From an uncultured Thermoleophilia bacterium (GTDB lineage Bacteria; Actinomycetota; Thermoleophilia; UBA2241), in the NCBI GenBank assembly GCA_963717965.1, contig CAVQXS010000003.1:134896-198895 (forward strand): a stretch of DNA of 64,000 nucleotides, in the 5' to 3' direction. Position 1 is the first letter of the stretch; each line of letters opens with the position of its first letter. The position numbers were made by a program, and so were the translations under genes. The notes under the pieces were generated by a model that was not told the origin of the DNA, searched no databases, and saw only the letters and a program-made list of their open reading frames with translations. Shown here piece by piece: positions 9,625 to 18,935 of this stretch.

Positions 9625-10439
9625 TCATGCGGCAAGGCCGACGATCGCGCACCCGACCACCAGCGCCGCTGCCTCAGCGAGCTCGATGCCCATGCCGTAG
9701 ACGTCGCCGGTGAGGCCGCCGAGCCGCTTCGCCACGGCGGCCTGCACGCCCAGCGCGACGGCCATCGAGAGCGCCGCGACGACGAAGCCGGCGTACCAGG
9801 AGCCGGCCGCGCCGGCCCAGAGGCCGGCCAGCCCGGCGACCACGACGCCGGCCACCAGCAGGCCGCCGGCCAGCTGCAGCGGCCCCGGCGTGTGCTCGCG
9901 CGTGAACGCCTCGCCGGTCCCGGCGGCGCGCGCGTAGGGCCACCAGTACACGTTGAGCGCCGGCAGCGCGCGCGCAGCGCACCAGCCGGCGAGCAGGGGC
10001 GCGGCCGCGTCGGCGCGCGCGAGCGCGCCCAGGGCCGCGACCTTGAGCACCAGCAGCAGCACGGCCGCGACCACGCCCATGGCGCCGACGTTGTGGTCCT
10101 TCATGATCTCGAGGGCGCGCTCGCGCGGCGCTCCGCTCAGGATGCCGTCGGCGGTGTCCATCAGGCCGTCCATGTGGAGCCCGCGCGTGAGCAGCTCGAG
10201 CAGGATGACGACCAGCGCCGCGGCGACCAGGCCGGGCAGGAAGGCGATCAGCCCCGCGTAGACCGCCCACGCGGCGGCGCCCATGGCCAGCCCGACGAGC
10301 GGGTACCAGCCCATGCTGGCCCACAGGTCGCCGGAACTGACCTCACCCTCGACCTTGAGTGGGATGCCGGTCAGGAAGGTGACCGCCAGCGTGAAGCGGC
10401 GAGCGTGGGAGCCGTCGCCTGACGCCGGCGCACCGCCAT
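9625..10439 (-). CDS. cobS: Adenosylcobinamide-GDP ribazoletransferase (cobalamin synthase) CobS; N-terminus uncertain, possibly another frameshift
   Basis: FTLAVTFLTGIPL...LLTRGLHMDGLMDTADG...KDHNVGAMGV...LGGLTGDVYG. The only nearby ATG (10439) is out of frame with the body. Confidence 0.8.
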
Positions 10440-10565
10440 CGGCGCGGCAGGCGCCGGCTCCGCCGCAGACGCCGGAGCTTGCGGCCCCGCTCGCGCCGCG
10501 GCGTTCTCGTCGATCCTGGTGTCCTCGGGTTCTGTCATCGCTCCAGCTGGTCGGGTGCCCCGACC

Positions 10566-11651
10566 TTACCGCGTCAGCTCGGCGTCGGCCTCGCTCGGGT
10601 CGCCGGCGACCCCGGCGCTCGCGAACGTCGCCATCTCGCTGAGGATGCGGGCGGAGGCCTCGATGATGCTCATCGACAGGGCCGCCCCGGTCCCCTCGCC
10701 GAGCCGCATCTGCAGGTCGAAGAGCGGCACCAGGCCGAGCTCGTCGAGCACCACCTGGTGCCCGACCTCGATGCTCACGTGGCTCGGCAGGATGTAGTCG
10801 ACGCACTCACGGCAGAGGCGCACGGCGGCGAGCGCCGCGGCGGCGCTGATGAACCCGTCCATCACCACGGGGACGCGGTGCGCCGCGCCGCCGAGGAAGA
10901 CGCCGGTCATCGCCGCGATGTCGAGCCCTCCGACCTTGGCGAGCACGTCGATCGGGTCGGTGGGATCCGGTGCGTTCGCGGCGAGCGCCTTCTCGATGAC
11001 GGCCACCTTGCCGGCCAGGGCGTCCTGGGTGATGCCCGTGCCACGGCCGGTGACCTTAGCCGGCGGCTCACCGGTGAGGGCGGCGATGACCGCCGAGGCG
11101 GCCGTCGTGTTGCCGATGCCGACCTCGCCGGTGGCGATGATGTCGAGGCCCTTCCCCAACTCCGCCTCGACGACCTCGATGCCGATCTCGATGGCGCGCA
11201 CCGCTTCTTCTCGCGTCATCGCCGGACCCTGGGCCATGTTGGCCGTGCCCATGCGGACCTTCTTCTGGCGCACGCCCGCGGCGCCGCTGAGGTCGGCGTT
11301 CACGCCGACGTCGGTGACGACGACCCGGGCGCCGACGTGGCGGCCGATCACGTTGATGCCGGCGCCGCCGGCGACCATGTTGAAGACCATCGCCGGCGTC
11401 ACCTCAGCCGGGAACGCGCTGACGCCCTCGGCGGTCACGCCGTGGTCGGCGGCCATCACGGCGATGGCCTTGTCCTCGATGACCGGCTGCTCCCTGCCCT
11501 GGATGCCGGCGAGCTGGATCGACAGGGTCTCCAGGCGGCCCAGGGCCTTGGGCGGCTTGGTCAGTTGCAGCTGGCGCGCCTCCGCGGCGCGCATCGCGTC
11601 GGCGTCGAGCGGGCCGATAGCGGCGATGGTGCGGTCGAGCAGGTCGGTCAT
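10566..11651 (-). CDS. cobT: Nicotinate-nucleotide--dimethylbenzimidazole phosphoribosyltransferase
   Basis: MTDLLDRTIAAI...LTKPPKALGRLE...VMAADHGV...GEVGIGNTTAASA...MRLGEGTGAAL. Confidence 0.9.
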   Translation of the reverse strand: MTDLLDRTIAAIGPLDADAMRAAEARQLQLTKPPKALGRLETLSIQLAGIQGREQPVIEDKAIAVMAADHGVTAEGVSAFPAEVTPAMVFNMVAGGAGINVIGRHVGARVVVTDVGVNADLSGAAGVRQKKVRMGTANMAQGPAMTREEAVRAIEIGIEVVEAELGKGLDIIATGEVGIGNTTAASAVIAALTGEPPAKVTGRGTGITQDALAGKVAVIEKALAANAPDPTDPIDVLAKVGGLDIAAMTGVFLGGAAHRVPVVMDGFISAAAALAAVRLCRECVDYILPSHVSIEVGHQVVLDELGLVPLFDLQMRLGEGTGAALSMSIIEASARILSEMATFASAGVAGDPSEADAELTR

Positions 11652-12367
11652 CGGAGCTCCTTCGGGGGTGACGAGAGATCGTCGGGGGATGACTCGGGCG
11701 AGGCGCTGGGGGCCGCGGGCGAGCCGGCGGCCAGCGCCTTGACGTCGAGGGGATAGCCGGAGACGAGGAAGTACACGCGGTCCGCGTCGCGGGCGAGGCG
11801 CTGGTTGGCCCAGCCGAGCTGGTCGCGGTAGAGGCGGGCGAGCGGGTACTCGGGCACCACGCCGAGCCCGACCTCGTTGGTGACGGCGACGAGCGTGGAG
11901 CCGGCCTCGGCGACGGCGGCGAGCAGGTCGGTGACGGCGGCGGTGACGCGCGCCGCGGCGGCGCGCTCCTGCTCCGCCGGCAGCAGGTCCTTGTCGTAGT
12001 TGTAGCCGTCCTCCGGCGGCTCGCTCCCGCCGAAGGCGCCGCCGCTGAAGAGCAGATTCGTCACCCACAGGGTGACGCAGTCGAGCAGGATAACCGAGCC
12101 GGCGGCGGCGGCGCGCACGGCCGCCGGCACCTCGACGGCGCACTCCACCGTCGTCCACGAGGCGGGACGCGAGGCCTGGTGCGCGCTGACGCGCTGTTCC
12201 ATCTCCGCGTCGTGCGTCTCGGAGGTGGCGATGTAGGTCACGCGGCCGCCGCGCGGCTCGGCCAGCTGCGCCGCGAGCCGCTCGGCGTACGTGCTCTTGC
12301 CGCTGCGCGCGCCGCCGGTCACGAGGATGAGCCGGCCGCGATCCGGCCGGTCGTCAGCTGTACTCAC
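11648..12367 (-). CDS. cobU: Bifunctional adenosylcobinamide kinase / adenosylcobinamide-phosphate guanylyltransferase
   Basis: LILVTGGARSGKSTYAERLA (P-loop)...VTYIATSE...LLDCVTLWVTNLL...VAVTNEVGLGVVPE. GTG start at 12367 behind GAGGAGG. ATGA overlap with cobT. Confidence 0.85.
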   Translation of the reverse strand: MSTADDRPDRGRLILVTGGARSGKSTYAERLAAQLAEPRGGRVTYIATSETHDAEMEQRVSAHQASRPASWTTVECAVEVPAAVRAAAAGSVILLDCVTLWVTNLLFSGGAFGGSEPPEDGYNYDKDLLPAEQERAAAARVTAAVTDLLAAVAEAGSTLVAVTNEVGLGVVPEYPLARLYRDQLGWANQRLARDADRVYFLVSGYPLDVKALAAGSPAAPSASPESSPDDLSSPPKELR

Positions 12368-12394
12368 CGCACGCCTCCTCACTCGTTCACGCAA

Positions 12395-12654
12395 AGAGCC
12401 CGGGCCGACTGCTTCGTCGGGCCCGGGCCTCCCGTCTTCGAGACCACCGCGTGCGTCGCCGCCGTCCCGTTCACCACGCGAGACGCGTCGACACACGAAC
12501 GGAGGCAGGTCTTCTGGCTCCCGGATCATCCTTCGGCCGCGCCTTCCCGCCAGCACGCTGGCAGTGGCTTCACGCGTCCGTCGTCCCCGGTCACAGCGGC
12601 GGGTCCGCGCCGGTCTTGCACCGGCTTCCCTCTGTGGCCCTCGCGGGCACCTCC
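12395..12654 (-). promoter_or_regulatory. Cobalamin (adenosylcobalamin) riboswitch with a terminator-like expression platform, upstream of cobU
   Basis: The minus strand reads GGAGGTGCC...AGGGAAGCCGGTGCAAGACCGGCGCGGACCCGCCGCTGTGACCGGGGACGA...GAAGCCACTG (B12 box)...GGGAAGGCG...GGGAGCCAGAAGACCTGCCTCC. A GC hairpin follows, CCCGGGCCCGAC/GTCGGCCCGGG plus CTCTTTG, at about 12395-12429. Confidence 0.85.
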
Positions 12655-12756
12655 AAGCGCCCGGATGCTAGACGACGCGCCTCCCGGCGGTCAAGCGGCG
12701 CGGCGCAGGACGCGGCGCAGGGCCTGGGCGTCATCACCCCGGGCAACGCCGATCGC

Positions 12757-12770
12757 TCGACTCTGGTCAA
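12757..12770. promoter_or_regulatory. Candidate FNR/CRP-type operator TCGAC-TCTG-GTCAA, 54 nt upstream of the DUF362 start
   Basis: One mismatch from TTGAC-N4-GTCAA. Same architecture as the perfect box at 18849. Confidence 0.3.
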
Positions 12771-12823
12771 ACCGTGGCCGAGGAGTACCATGGACGCGAG
12801 ACCGGAGCCCCAGGGGGTGGACC

Positions 12824-13792
12824 ATGGCACGCGAACCGCTCACCCGCGCCGAGTTCCTCAAGATCCTCGCCGCCGGCGCCGGCGGGATCGTCTTCCTGCG
12901 GGGCTCCGAGGATGCCCTCGCCGCCCTCGCGGGCGCGGACGACGAACTGGACGAGGCGGCCCTCAACGGCGACGCCAAGAGCGCCGCCCTTCCCTACATG
13001 ACCGTCGTCCACGGCACGCCGGTCGACGCGAACGTGAGGACGGCGATCGCCAAGCTCGGCGGCATGCGCCGCTTCGTCGGCGCCGGCGACGACGTGGTCA
13101 TCAAGCCCAACATCTGCGCGGCGCGAGCGCCGAAGTACGCGGCGACGACGAACCCGGTGGTGGTCGCCACGCTGGTCAGGCTGGCGCGCGGCGCCGGCGC
13201 CCGCCGCGTCCGCGTCATGGACAACCCCATCTCCTCGAGCCCGTCGACCTGCTACTCCGCCAGCGGGATCGGCTCCGCGGTCAAGGCGGCCGGCGGCTCG
13301 ATGCAGGTGATGAGCGCGTCCCGCTATGCGACCTACGACATCCCCGGGACGCTGCTGGACCGTCACCCGATCTACCGCGACATGATCGAGTGCGACGTGC
13401 TCATCAACGTGCCGATCGCCAAGGTCCACGGCTCGACCGGGCTCACGCTGGCCGGCAAGAACCTGATGGGCTGCACGAGCAACCGCGCGCGCATGCACAA
13501 CCTGGGCCTCAGCCGCAGCATCGCGGAGCTGAACGCCAAGCTGAAGCCGGAGCTCACGGTGCTCGACGCGATCCGGATCCTGGTGGCGCACGGCCCCACC
13601 GGTGGGAGCCTCGCCGACGTGCGCCGCAAGGACATCGTGATCGCCTGCAAGGACTGGGTCGCAGCCGACGCCTACGCGACGCGGCTGTTCGGCAAGACGC
13701 CGGCGTACGTGCCGTACATCGCGGCGGCGGCCAGGATGGGCCTGGGCAAGGCGAACCTCTCCGGCCTGACGATCAAGAAGTACGAGGTCTGA
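12824..13792 (+). CDS. DUF362 domain protein with a Tat-like signal peptide
   Basis: MAREPLTRAEFLKILAAGAGGIVFL (an RA variant of the RR-x-FLK motif)...VVIKPNICAA...VLINVPIAKVHGSTGLTLAGKNLMG...LDAIRILVAHGP. RBS GGGGGTGG. Confidence 0.8.
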   Translation: MAREPLTRAEFLKILAAGAGGIVFLRGSEDALAALAGADDELDEAALNGDAKSAALPYMTVVHGTPVDANVRTAIAKLGGMRRFVGAGDDVVIKPNICAARAPKYAATTNPVVVATLVRLARGAGARRVRVMDNPISSSPSTCYSASGIGSAVKAAGGSMQVMSASRYATYDIPGTLLDRHPIYRDMIECDVLINVPIAKVHGSTGLTLAGKNLMGCTSNRARMHNLGLSRSIAELNAKLKPELTVLDAIRILVAHGPTGGSLADVRRKDIVIACKDWVAADAYATRLFGKTPAYVPYIAAAARMGLGKANLSGLTIKKYEV

Positions 13793-13799
13793 GCCAGCC

Positions 13800-15473
13800 G
13801 TGACGGACGAGGAGCGGCCGGCGCACGCCGAAGCGGCACGAGAGGGCGCGGCGCCTGCCGCGGAGCGGGCGAGACCGGCGCGGCGCGGCACGAGCGGCTG
13901 GCAGGCCGCTCGATGGGTCCGGCGCGCCGTCCAGATCGTCACCTTCGTCACCTTCGTCTATCTGCTCTTCGCCGGGCTGCAGCGCCTCCGGCCGCTGCCG
14001 TACGCGAGCATCTTCTTCCGCTTCGACCCGCTCGTCGCGCTCACCACGATGCTCGCCGCCCGCGCCTGGCTCGCCCCGTTCGCGCTGGCGTTCGTCACGC
14101 TCGGGCTCACGCTCGTCCTCGGCCGCGTCTGGTGCGGCTGGATCTGCCCGCTCGGCACGCTGCTCGGCTGGCTGCGCTTCCGCTCGGCGCGGCGGCTCGC
14201 CGGGCGCATGCCCCCGGCCCTCCGCCGCGTCAAGTACGTGCTGCTCGGCGTCATCGTCGTGCTGGCCGCGCTCGCCAACCTCACGCTGCTCGTCCTGGAC
14301 CCGCTCTCGCTGCTGACGCGGACGATGACGACCTCGGCCATCCCCGGCTTCGTGTACCTGGTGGACTCGCTGGAGCGCGCGGGGATGACCTGGGGACCCA
14401 CGGTGGGCCTCGTCACCTGGGTCGAGGACCACTTCCGCGGCTCCGTGCTCCCCACGATCCAGCCGCGGTACGAGCAGGCGATCGCGCTCTTCCTCGTGCT
14501 CCTCGCCCTGATCCTGCTGAACGCGCTGGCGGACCGCTTCTGGTGCCGCTACCTGTGCCCGCTCGGGGCGCTGCTCGGCCTGGTCTCCAAGATCCAGGTG
14601 CTGCGCCCGGTCATGAGCGACGGCTGCGGCGCCTGCGGCGCCTGCGCCACCGCCTGCCGGGTCGAGGCGATCGAGGCCGGCGGCCGCGGAGACGTCGGCG
14701 GTGCGCCTGAGTCCCCGAGCGTCGTGAGCTCCGAGTGCACGATGTGCCTCGACTGCCTCGTCGCCTGCCCTCGAGAGGGCGGCATGACGCTCGGGGCGGC
14801 CCGGCCGGGCCCGTGGGCCGACTACGATCCCGGCCGGCGGGAGGCCGTGCTCGCGGTCGGCGCCGGTCTCGGAGCCGCCGTGCTCCTCGGCACCGGGGTC
14901 GCTCGCGCGGTCAAGCGCCCGGGCCTGATCCGGCCGCCGGGCGCCCAGGACGAGGGCCGCTTCCTCTCGAGGTGCCTGCGCTGCAGCGAGTGCATGAAGG
15001 TCTGCCCGACCTCCGGCCTCCAGCCGACGCTGGCGGAGGCCGGCCTCGAGGGCCTCTGGACGCCCGTCCTGCGGTCGCGGCTCGGCTACTGCGACTACGC
15101 CTGCAACGCTTGCGGCCAGGTCTGCCCCTCGGGAGCGATCCCTCCCCTCTCCCTCGCGAAGAAGCGCGCTCAGGTCATCGGCGTCGCCGTCATCGACAGG
15201 GACCGCTGCCTGCCGTGGGCGGCCGGCACGCCCTGCATCGTCTGCCAGGAGATGTGCCCCGTGCCGGACAAGGCGATCGAGCTTCGCGGCCAGCGGCTCA
15301 TCACGCGCGCCGACGGCAGCGAGGACTACCTCGCCCGGCCGGTGGTGATCGCGAGCCGCTGCATCGGCTGCGGCATCTGCGAGTACAAGTGCCCGCTCGA
15401 GGGCACCTCGGCGATCGTGGTCCTGCCGACGAACCCGGATCTCGCCGGAGGCGGCGCACCGCTCGCCGGCTGA
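13800..15473 (+). CDS. Membrane-anchored polyferredoxin (NapH/NosR-like transmembrane CxxxCP module plus multiple 4Fe-4S motifs)
   Basis: WCGWICPLGTLLGWL and WCRYLCPLGALLGLV in transmembrane segments. Then CGACGACATAC, CTMCLDCLVACP, CLRCSECMKVCP, CNACGQVCP, CIVCQEMCP and CIGCGICEYKCP. Confidence 0.8.
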   Translation: MTDEERPAHAEAAREGAAPAAERARPARRGTSGWQAARWVRRAVQIVTFVTFVYLLFAGLQRLRPLPYASIFFRFDPLVALTTMLAARAWLAPFALAFVTLGLTLVLGRVWCGWICPLGTLLGWLRFRSARRLAGRMPPALRRVKYVLLGVIVVLAALANLTLLVLDPLSLLTRTMTTSAIPGFVYLVDSLERAGMTWGPTVGLVTWVEDHFRGSVLPTIQPRYEQAIALFLVLLALILLNALADRFWCRYLCPLGALLGLVSKIQVLRPVMSDGCGACGACATACRVEAIEAGGRGDVGGAPESPSVVSSECTMCLDCLVACPREGGMTLGAARPGPWADYDPGRREAVLAVGAGLGAAVLLGTGVARAVKRPGLIRPPGAQDEGRFLSRCLRCSECMKVCPTSGLQPTLAEAGLEGLWTPVLRSRLGYCDYACNACGQVCPSGAIPPLSLAKKRAQVIGVAVIDRDRCLPWAAGTPCIVCQEMCPVPDKAIELRGQRLITRADGSEDYLARPVVIASRCIGCGICEYKCPLEGTSAIVVLPTNPDLAGGGAPLAG

Positions 15474-15500
15474 CGCGTCTACGCCCGATATACTCGAGAC

Positions 15501-16241
15501 ATGAGCCCCGACGACGGCCCCATGAGCACCGACGACCGCACGCTCGCCGATCTGCGCGCCGCCCCACTCTTCCGGCGCATGGACGGGGACCAGCTCCAGC
15601 GGCTCGCGACCCTGGCGAAGCCGCGGCGGCTGCCGGCGGAGGAGACCCTGTTCCTTCAAGGCGACCCGGCGACGGCGTTCTTCCTCCTCGCCGAGGGCCG
15701 CCTCAAGGTCTTCAAGCTCCTGCGTGACGGGCGGACGGCCACGGTGCGCCACGTCGAGGCCGGCCAGACGTTCGCCGAGGCGGCGCTGTTCCACGAGGCG
15801 TACCCCTCGAGCACGGAGACGCTGACGGAGTGTCTCGTCTACCGCTTCGACAAGGAGGCAACGCTCGCGCTGCTGCTGGCCGAGCCGCAGCTCTCCGTCA
15901 ACCTGCTGGCGGCCATGGCGCACCTCCTCGGGCTGCTCAACCGCCGCGTTGAGGAGCTCCTGCTGCCGGTGCCGGCGCGCCTCGCCAGGTACCTGCTGGC
16001 GCGCGCCGACGAGCAGCTCGAGCCGGCGGCCACGGGCGGCGCGGGTCCGGCCGACGGCCCGCGCGTCATCCGGCTCCCGGTGAGCAAGCGCGAGCTCGCG
16101 GCGCGTCTCGGGACCGTCCCAGAGACGCTCAGCCGCACCTTCGATCGCTTCAAGCGCGCCGAGGTGATCCGCATGAGCAGCGACCACCGGCTCATCGAGA
16201 TCCTCAGCTTCGTCAAGCTGCACCGGCTCGCCCAGGAGTAG
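15501..16241 (+). CDS. Crp/Fnr family transcriptional regulator with an FNR-type E--SR recognition helix
   Basis: cNMP-binding-like N-terminal domain (LFLQGDPATAFFLLAEGRLKVFK). HTH VSKRELAARLGTVPETLSRTFDRF, with ETLSR at 16122..16136. No N-terminal Cys cluster. Confidence 0.85.
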   Translation: MSPDDGPMSTDDRTLADLRAAPLFRRMDGDQLQRLATLAKPRRLPAEETLFLQGDPATAFFLLAEGRLKVFKLLRDGRTATVRHVEAGQTFAEAALFHEAYPSSTETLTECLVYRFDKEATLALLLAEPQLSVNLLAAMAHLLGLLNRRVEELLLPVPARLARYLLARADEQLEPAATGGAGPADGPRVIRLPVSKRELAARLGTVPETLSRTFDRFKRAEVIRMSSDHRLIEILSFVKLHRLAQE

Positions 16242-16331
16242 AGACTCGCCGACGGTGACACTGGCGCGGCGGGCGGGAATCATCACCGGTGTTCCCTGAC
16301 ATCCGACCTCACGAGAGGACGGTGGGCGATC

Positions 16332-16775
16332 ATGGCAATCACCCCCAGACTACGGACCATCGGGCGAGTGACCGGTGTGGCGGCGGCGACGGCCCCCAAG
16401 GTACGGCGGCTGGCCAAGGACGACGAACTGCGTGCCGAGGTGAGCGACCTCGTGCGCTCGGCCCGCGACCTCGTACGCGAGGTGACGACCGACGAGAGGG
16501 TCCGGAGTGACCTGCGCGGCATCGTCTCGTCGGCGCTCGACAGCGCCGGAAGGGTGCGGGAGGACGTGCGCCCGCGCCACCGGCTACGCCGGCTGTTCGC
16601 CCTCGGCGCCGGACTCGCGCTGGCGCTGTTCTCGATCGCCGCGGCCTTCGCCTACCCGCGCAGCCGCCAGGGCATCGTCCGCGTCGCCGGCGAGACCCGG
16701 CAGCGGGCGTCGGCGACGGTGCACGACGCGCGCGAGCGGTTCGGACGAGGCTCTTCCCTCGAGCAAGCCGCGTGA
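16332..16775 (+). CDS. Hypothetical protein with one C-terminal transmembrane helix
   Basis: 147-aa ORF with a helical charged N-terminus and LFALGAGLALALFSIAAAFAY. I recognise no family. Confidence 0.45.
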   Translation: MAITPRLRTIGRVTGVAAATAPKVRRLAKDDELRAEVSDLVRSARDLVREVTTDERVRSDLRGIVSSALDSAGRVREDVRPRHRLRRLFALGAGLALALFSIAAAFAYPRSRQGIVRVAGETRQRASATVHDARERFGRGSSLEQAA

Positions 16776-17002
16776 GCAGGGACGATGAGGGACGGGGTGA
16801 GCGCGCTCCGCGCGCCGAGATCCCCGTCCCTCACGACCTGCAGATCGAGCTGCACGACGACCCCGAGGCGGCGGCGGCGTTCGCGGGGCTGCCGCCGTCG
16901 CACCGCCGCGAGTACATCGACTGGATCCTCGAGGCCAAACGGCCCGAGACTCGCCTGCGCCGCGTCGAGGAGACGGCGGGGCGTGTCAAGCGCGGGCGCT
17001 AG
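16772..17002 (+). CDS. YdeI/OmpD-associated family protein
   Basis: VPHDLQIELHDDPEAAAAFAGLPPSHRREYIDWILEAKRPETRLRRVEE. 4-nt overlap with the upstream ORF. Confidence 0.65.
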   Translation: MSRDDEGRGERAPRAEIPVPHDLQIELHDDPEAAAAFAGLPPSHRREYIDWILEAKRPETRLRRVEETAGRVKRGR

Positions 17003-17028
17003 AAGCGCGACCGCCCAGGAGGCCGGCC

Positions 17029-17712
17029 TTGAGGTTCCTCGCCCTCGCCTGCGACTACGACGGGACCATCGCCCACGACGGGAAGGTCGCGGCGGCGACA
17101 CTGCGGGCGCTGCACGACGTGCGCGAGTCCGGCCGCAAGCTGATCCTGGTCACCGGACGGCAGCTCGACGACCTGCTCGAGGCGTTTCCCGGCGCCTTCG
17201 TCTTCGATCGCATCGTCGCGGAGAACGGCGGCGTGCTCTTTCGGCCGGAGACCCGCGAGCGGATCCTCCTGACAAGGCCAGTGGACCTCGGCCTCGTCGC
17301 TGCCCTCTGCTCACAGGGCGTCGAGCCGCTCTCGGTCGGCGAGGCGCTGATCGCGACCCTGGAGCCGCAGCGACAGCGAGTACTCGAGGCCATCCGGGAC
17401 CGGGGGCTCGAGCTGCAGCTGATCTGCAACAAGGGCGCCGTCATGGTGCTGCCGTCAGGCGTCGACAAGGCCTCCGGCCTGACGGCCGCGCTGATCGAGC
17501 TCGACCTGTCGCCGCGCAACGCGGCCGGCATCGGCGACGCAGAGAACGACCAGGCGTTCCTCCAGATCTGCGCCTGCGGAGCAGTTCTCGCGAACGCGCC
17601 GCCGGCGCTCCGGGAGCATGCCGACTACGTGACCAGCGGGGAGGACGGCGCCGGCGTCAGGGAGTTCATCGGCCGGTTGCTCGACGACGATCTCGCCGGC
17701 GTCGTGCCGTGA
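17029..17712 (+). CDS. HAD-IIB family hydrolase
   Basis: FLALACDYDGTIA (DxDGT motif)...LILVTGRQ...GIGDAENDQAFL. Confidence 0.8.
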   Translation: MRFLALACDYDGTIAHDGKVAAATLRALHDVRESGRKLILVTGRQLDDLLEAFPGAFVFDRIVAENGGVLFRPETRERILLTRPVDLGLVAALCSQGVEPLSVGEALIATLEPQRQRVLEAIRDRGLELQLICNKGAVMVLPSGVDKASGLTAALIELDLSPRNAAGIGDAENDQAFLQICACGAVLANAPPALREHADYVTSGEDGAGVREFIGRLLDDDLAGVVP

Positions 17713-17733
17713 GCGAGCGACGTTCGCCGCGCC

Positions 17734-18780
17734 TCACCGCCGCCAGAACAGCGCGCGCAGCGCGAGCAGCAGGATCGCGGCGATCGCGAGCATGAGTCCC
17801 AGCGCGCCCCAGAACACCCAGGGCTGCAGCATGTCCTTGGGCAGCATGTTCATGCCGAAGATCCCGGCGATGAGGCTCGCCGGCAGGAGGAGCACGGACA
17901 CGGTGGTGAGCACGCGCATGATCTCGTTGGTGTGCTGCGCCGTCTGCGTCATGAACACATCGAACGCGCCGACGATCATCTCCCGCGTCGTGTCCGCGGT
18001 CTGCACGGCCATCTCGAGCCGGTCGACGAGGACCTCGAAGTCCCGCGCGGCGGAGCTGCCCGAGATCACGTCGAAGCTCGGGTGTGACAGGCTCGCCAGC
18101 ACCTGCCGGTGAGGCGAGAGCTGCCGGCGCAGCTGGCCCACGTCGTGGCGCAGGCCGACGAGACGCTCGACCAGGCCCTCGCCGGTCCGCTCGCGCAGGA
18201 TGCTCACCTCGATCTCATCGATGGCCTGCTGGAGCTCGTCGAGCCGGTCGAAGTACGCGTTGATGACCCACTCGAGCACGTGCGCGAGGAAGCTCGGCGC
18301 GTCGAGCTTGCCGAGCGCCGAGTCTCCGCGCAGGTGGTCGGCGAAATCCCGGATGGAGCCGACGTCGCCCTCGTGCAGGGTCACCAGCCAGTTGCGGCCG
18401 ACGGCGCAGACCAGGGTCTCGGAGGCCGTCCCCGCGCGAGCGGCCGGCACCGGCAGCACGCCGAGCACGAACGCGTCGCCGTAGTCCCGGAGGTACGGCC
18501 GCGCGCCGGGCCGAGCCTCCAGGACCTCAGGCTCCAGGGGCAGGAGCCCGGCGACCAGCGCGATCGCGCCCTCCTCCGAGGAGTCGACGTCGATCCACAG
18601 CAGGTCTTCGTCCTCGAGGCCCTCGACCAGCGTCCTTTCGGGGGTCACCTCGCGGTCGTCGCCGTCGGCGTCGTAGAGGAAGGCGTTGACGCCGCCGCCT
18701 CCGACCTCCGGGGCGTCATGTTTCTCCGTACTCGTCGCGCCTGCCATCCCTGACCACCTCCCACGCTTCGGCTTCCCCAC
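17734..18780 (-). CDS. corA: CorA family magnesium/cobalt transporter
   Basis: C-terminal LTTVSVLLLPASLIAGIFGMNMLP (GMN motif) plus a final transmembrane helix. The start may be the internal ATG (MAGATS) near 18747. Confidence 0.85.
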   Translation of the reverse strand: MGKPKRGRWSGMAGATSTEKHDAPEVGGGGVNAFLYDADGDDREVTPERTLVEGLEDEDLLWIDVDSSEEGAIALVAGLLPLEPEVLEARPGARPYLRDYGDAFVLGVLPVPAARAGTASETLVCAVGRNWLVTLHEGDVGSIRDFADHLRGDSALGKLDAPSFLAHVLEWVINAYFDRLDELQQAIDEIEVSILRERTGEGLVERLVGLRHDVGQLRRQLSPHRQVLASLSHPSFDVISGSSAARDFEVLVDRLEMAVQTADTTREMIVGAFDVFMTQTAQHTNEIMRVLTTVSVLLLPASLIAGIFGMNMLPKDMLQPWVFWGALGLMLAIAAILLLALRALFWRR

Positions 18781-18848
18781 CTCGCGCCCGCGTAACCGTT
18801 CGCCGCTGCGGCGCCGGGCGCGGCCGCCGAGCGGCGGGCCGCCGGCCC

Positions 18849-18862
18849 TTGACGCACGTCAA
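18849..18862. promoter_or_regulatory. Perfect FNR-type palindrome TTGAC-GCAC-GTCAA in the corA / ferredoxin-cooS divergent promoter region
   Basis: TTGACGcaCGTCAA, with 6-nt half-sites that are exact reverse complements. A TGTAAT -10-like hexamer lies about 27 nt downstream (18889-18894), a spacing that would fit a class II activator site. Confidence 0.45.
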
Positions 18863-18935
18863 TGAGGCCGGCCGTTCATCGCTGGTAGTGTAATCACTGT
18901 CATCATCGTGAAAACCACGCGAAAGCGAGTACTGC

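Noticed and set aside
15501-16241. Calling the Crp/Fnr regulator CooA (CO sensor) or classical O2-sensing FNR.
   Set aside because: There is no N-terminal Cys cluster for an FNR [4Fe-4S] centre, and no recognisable CooA-like heme-ligand context. Only family-level assignment is supportable, and the effector is unknown.
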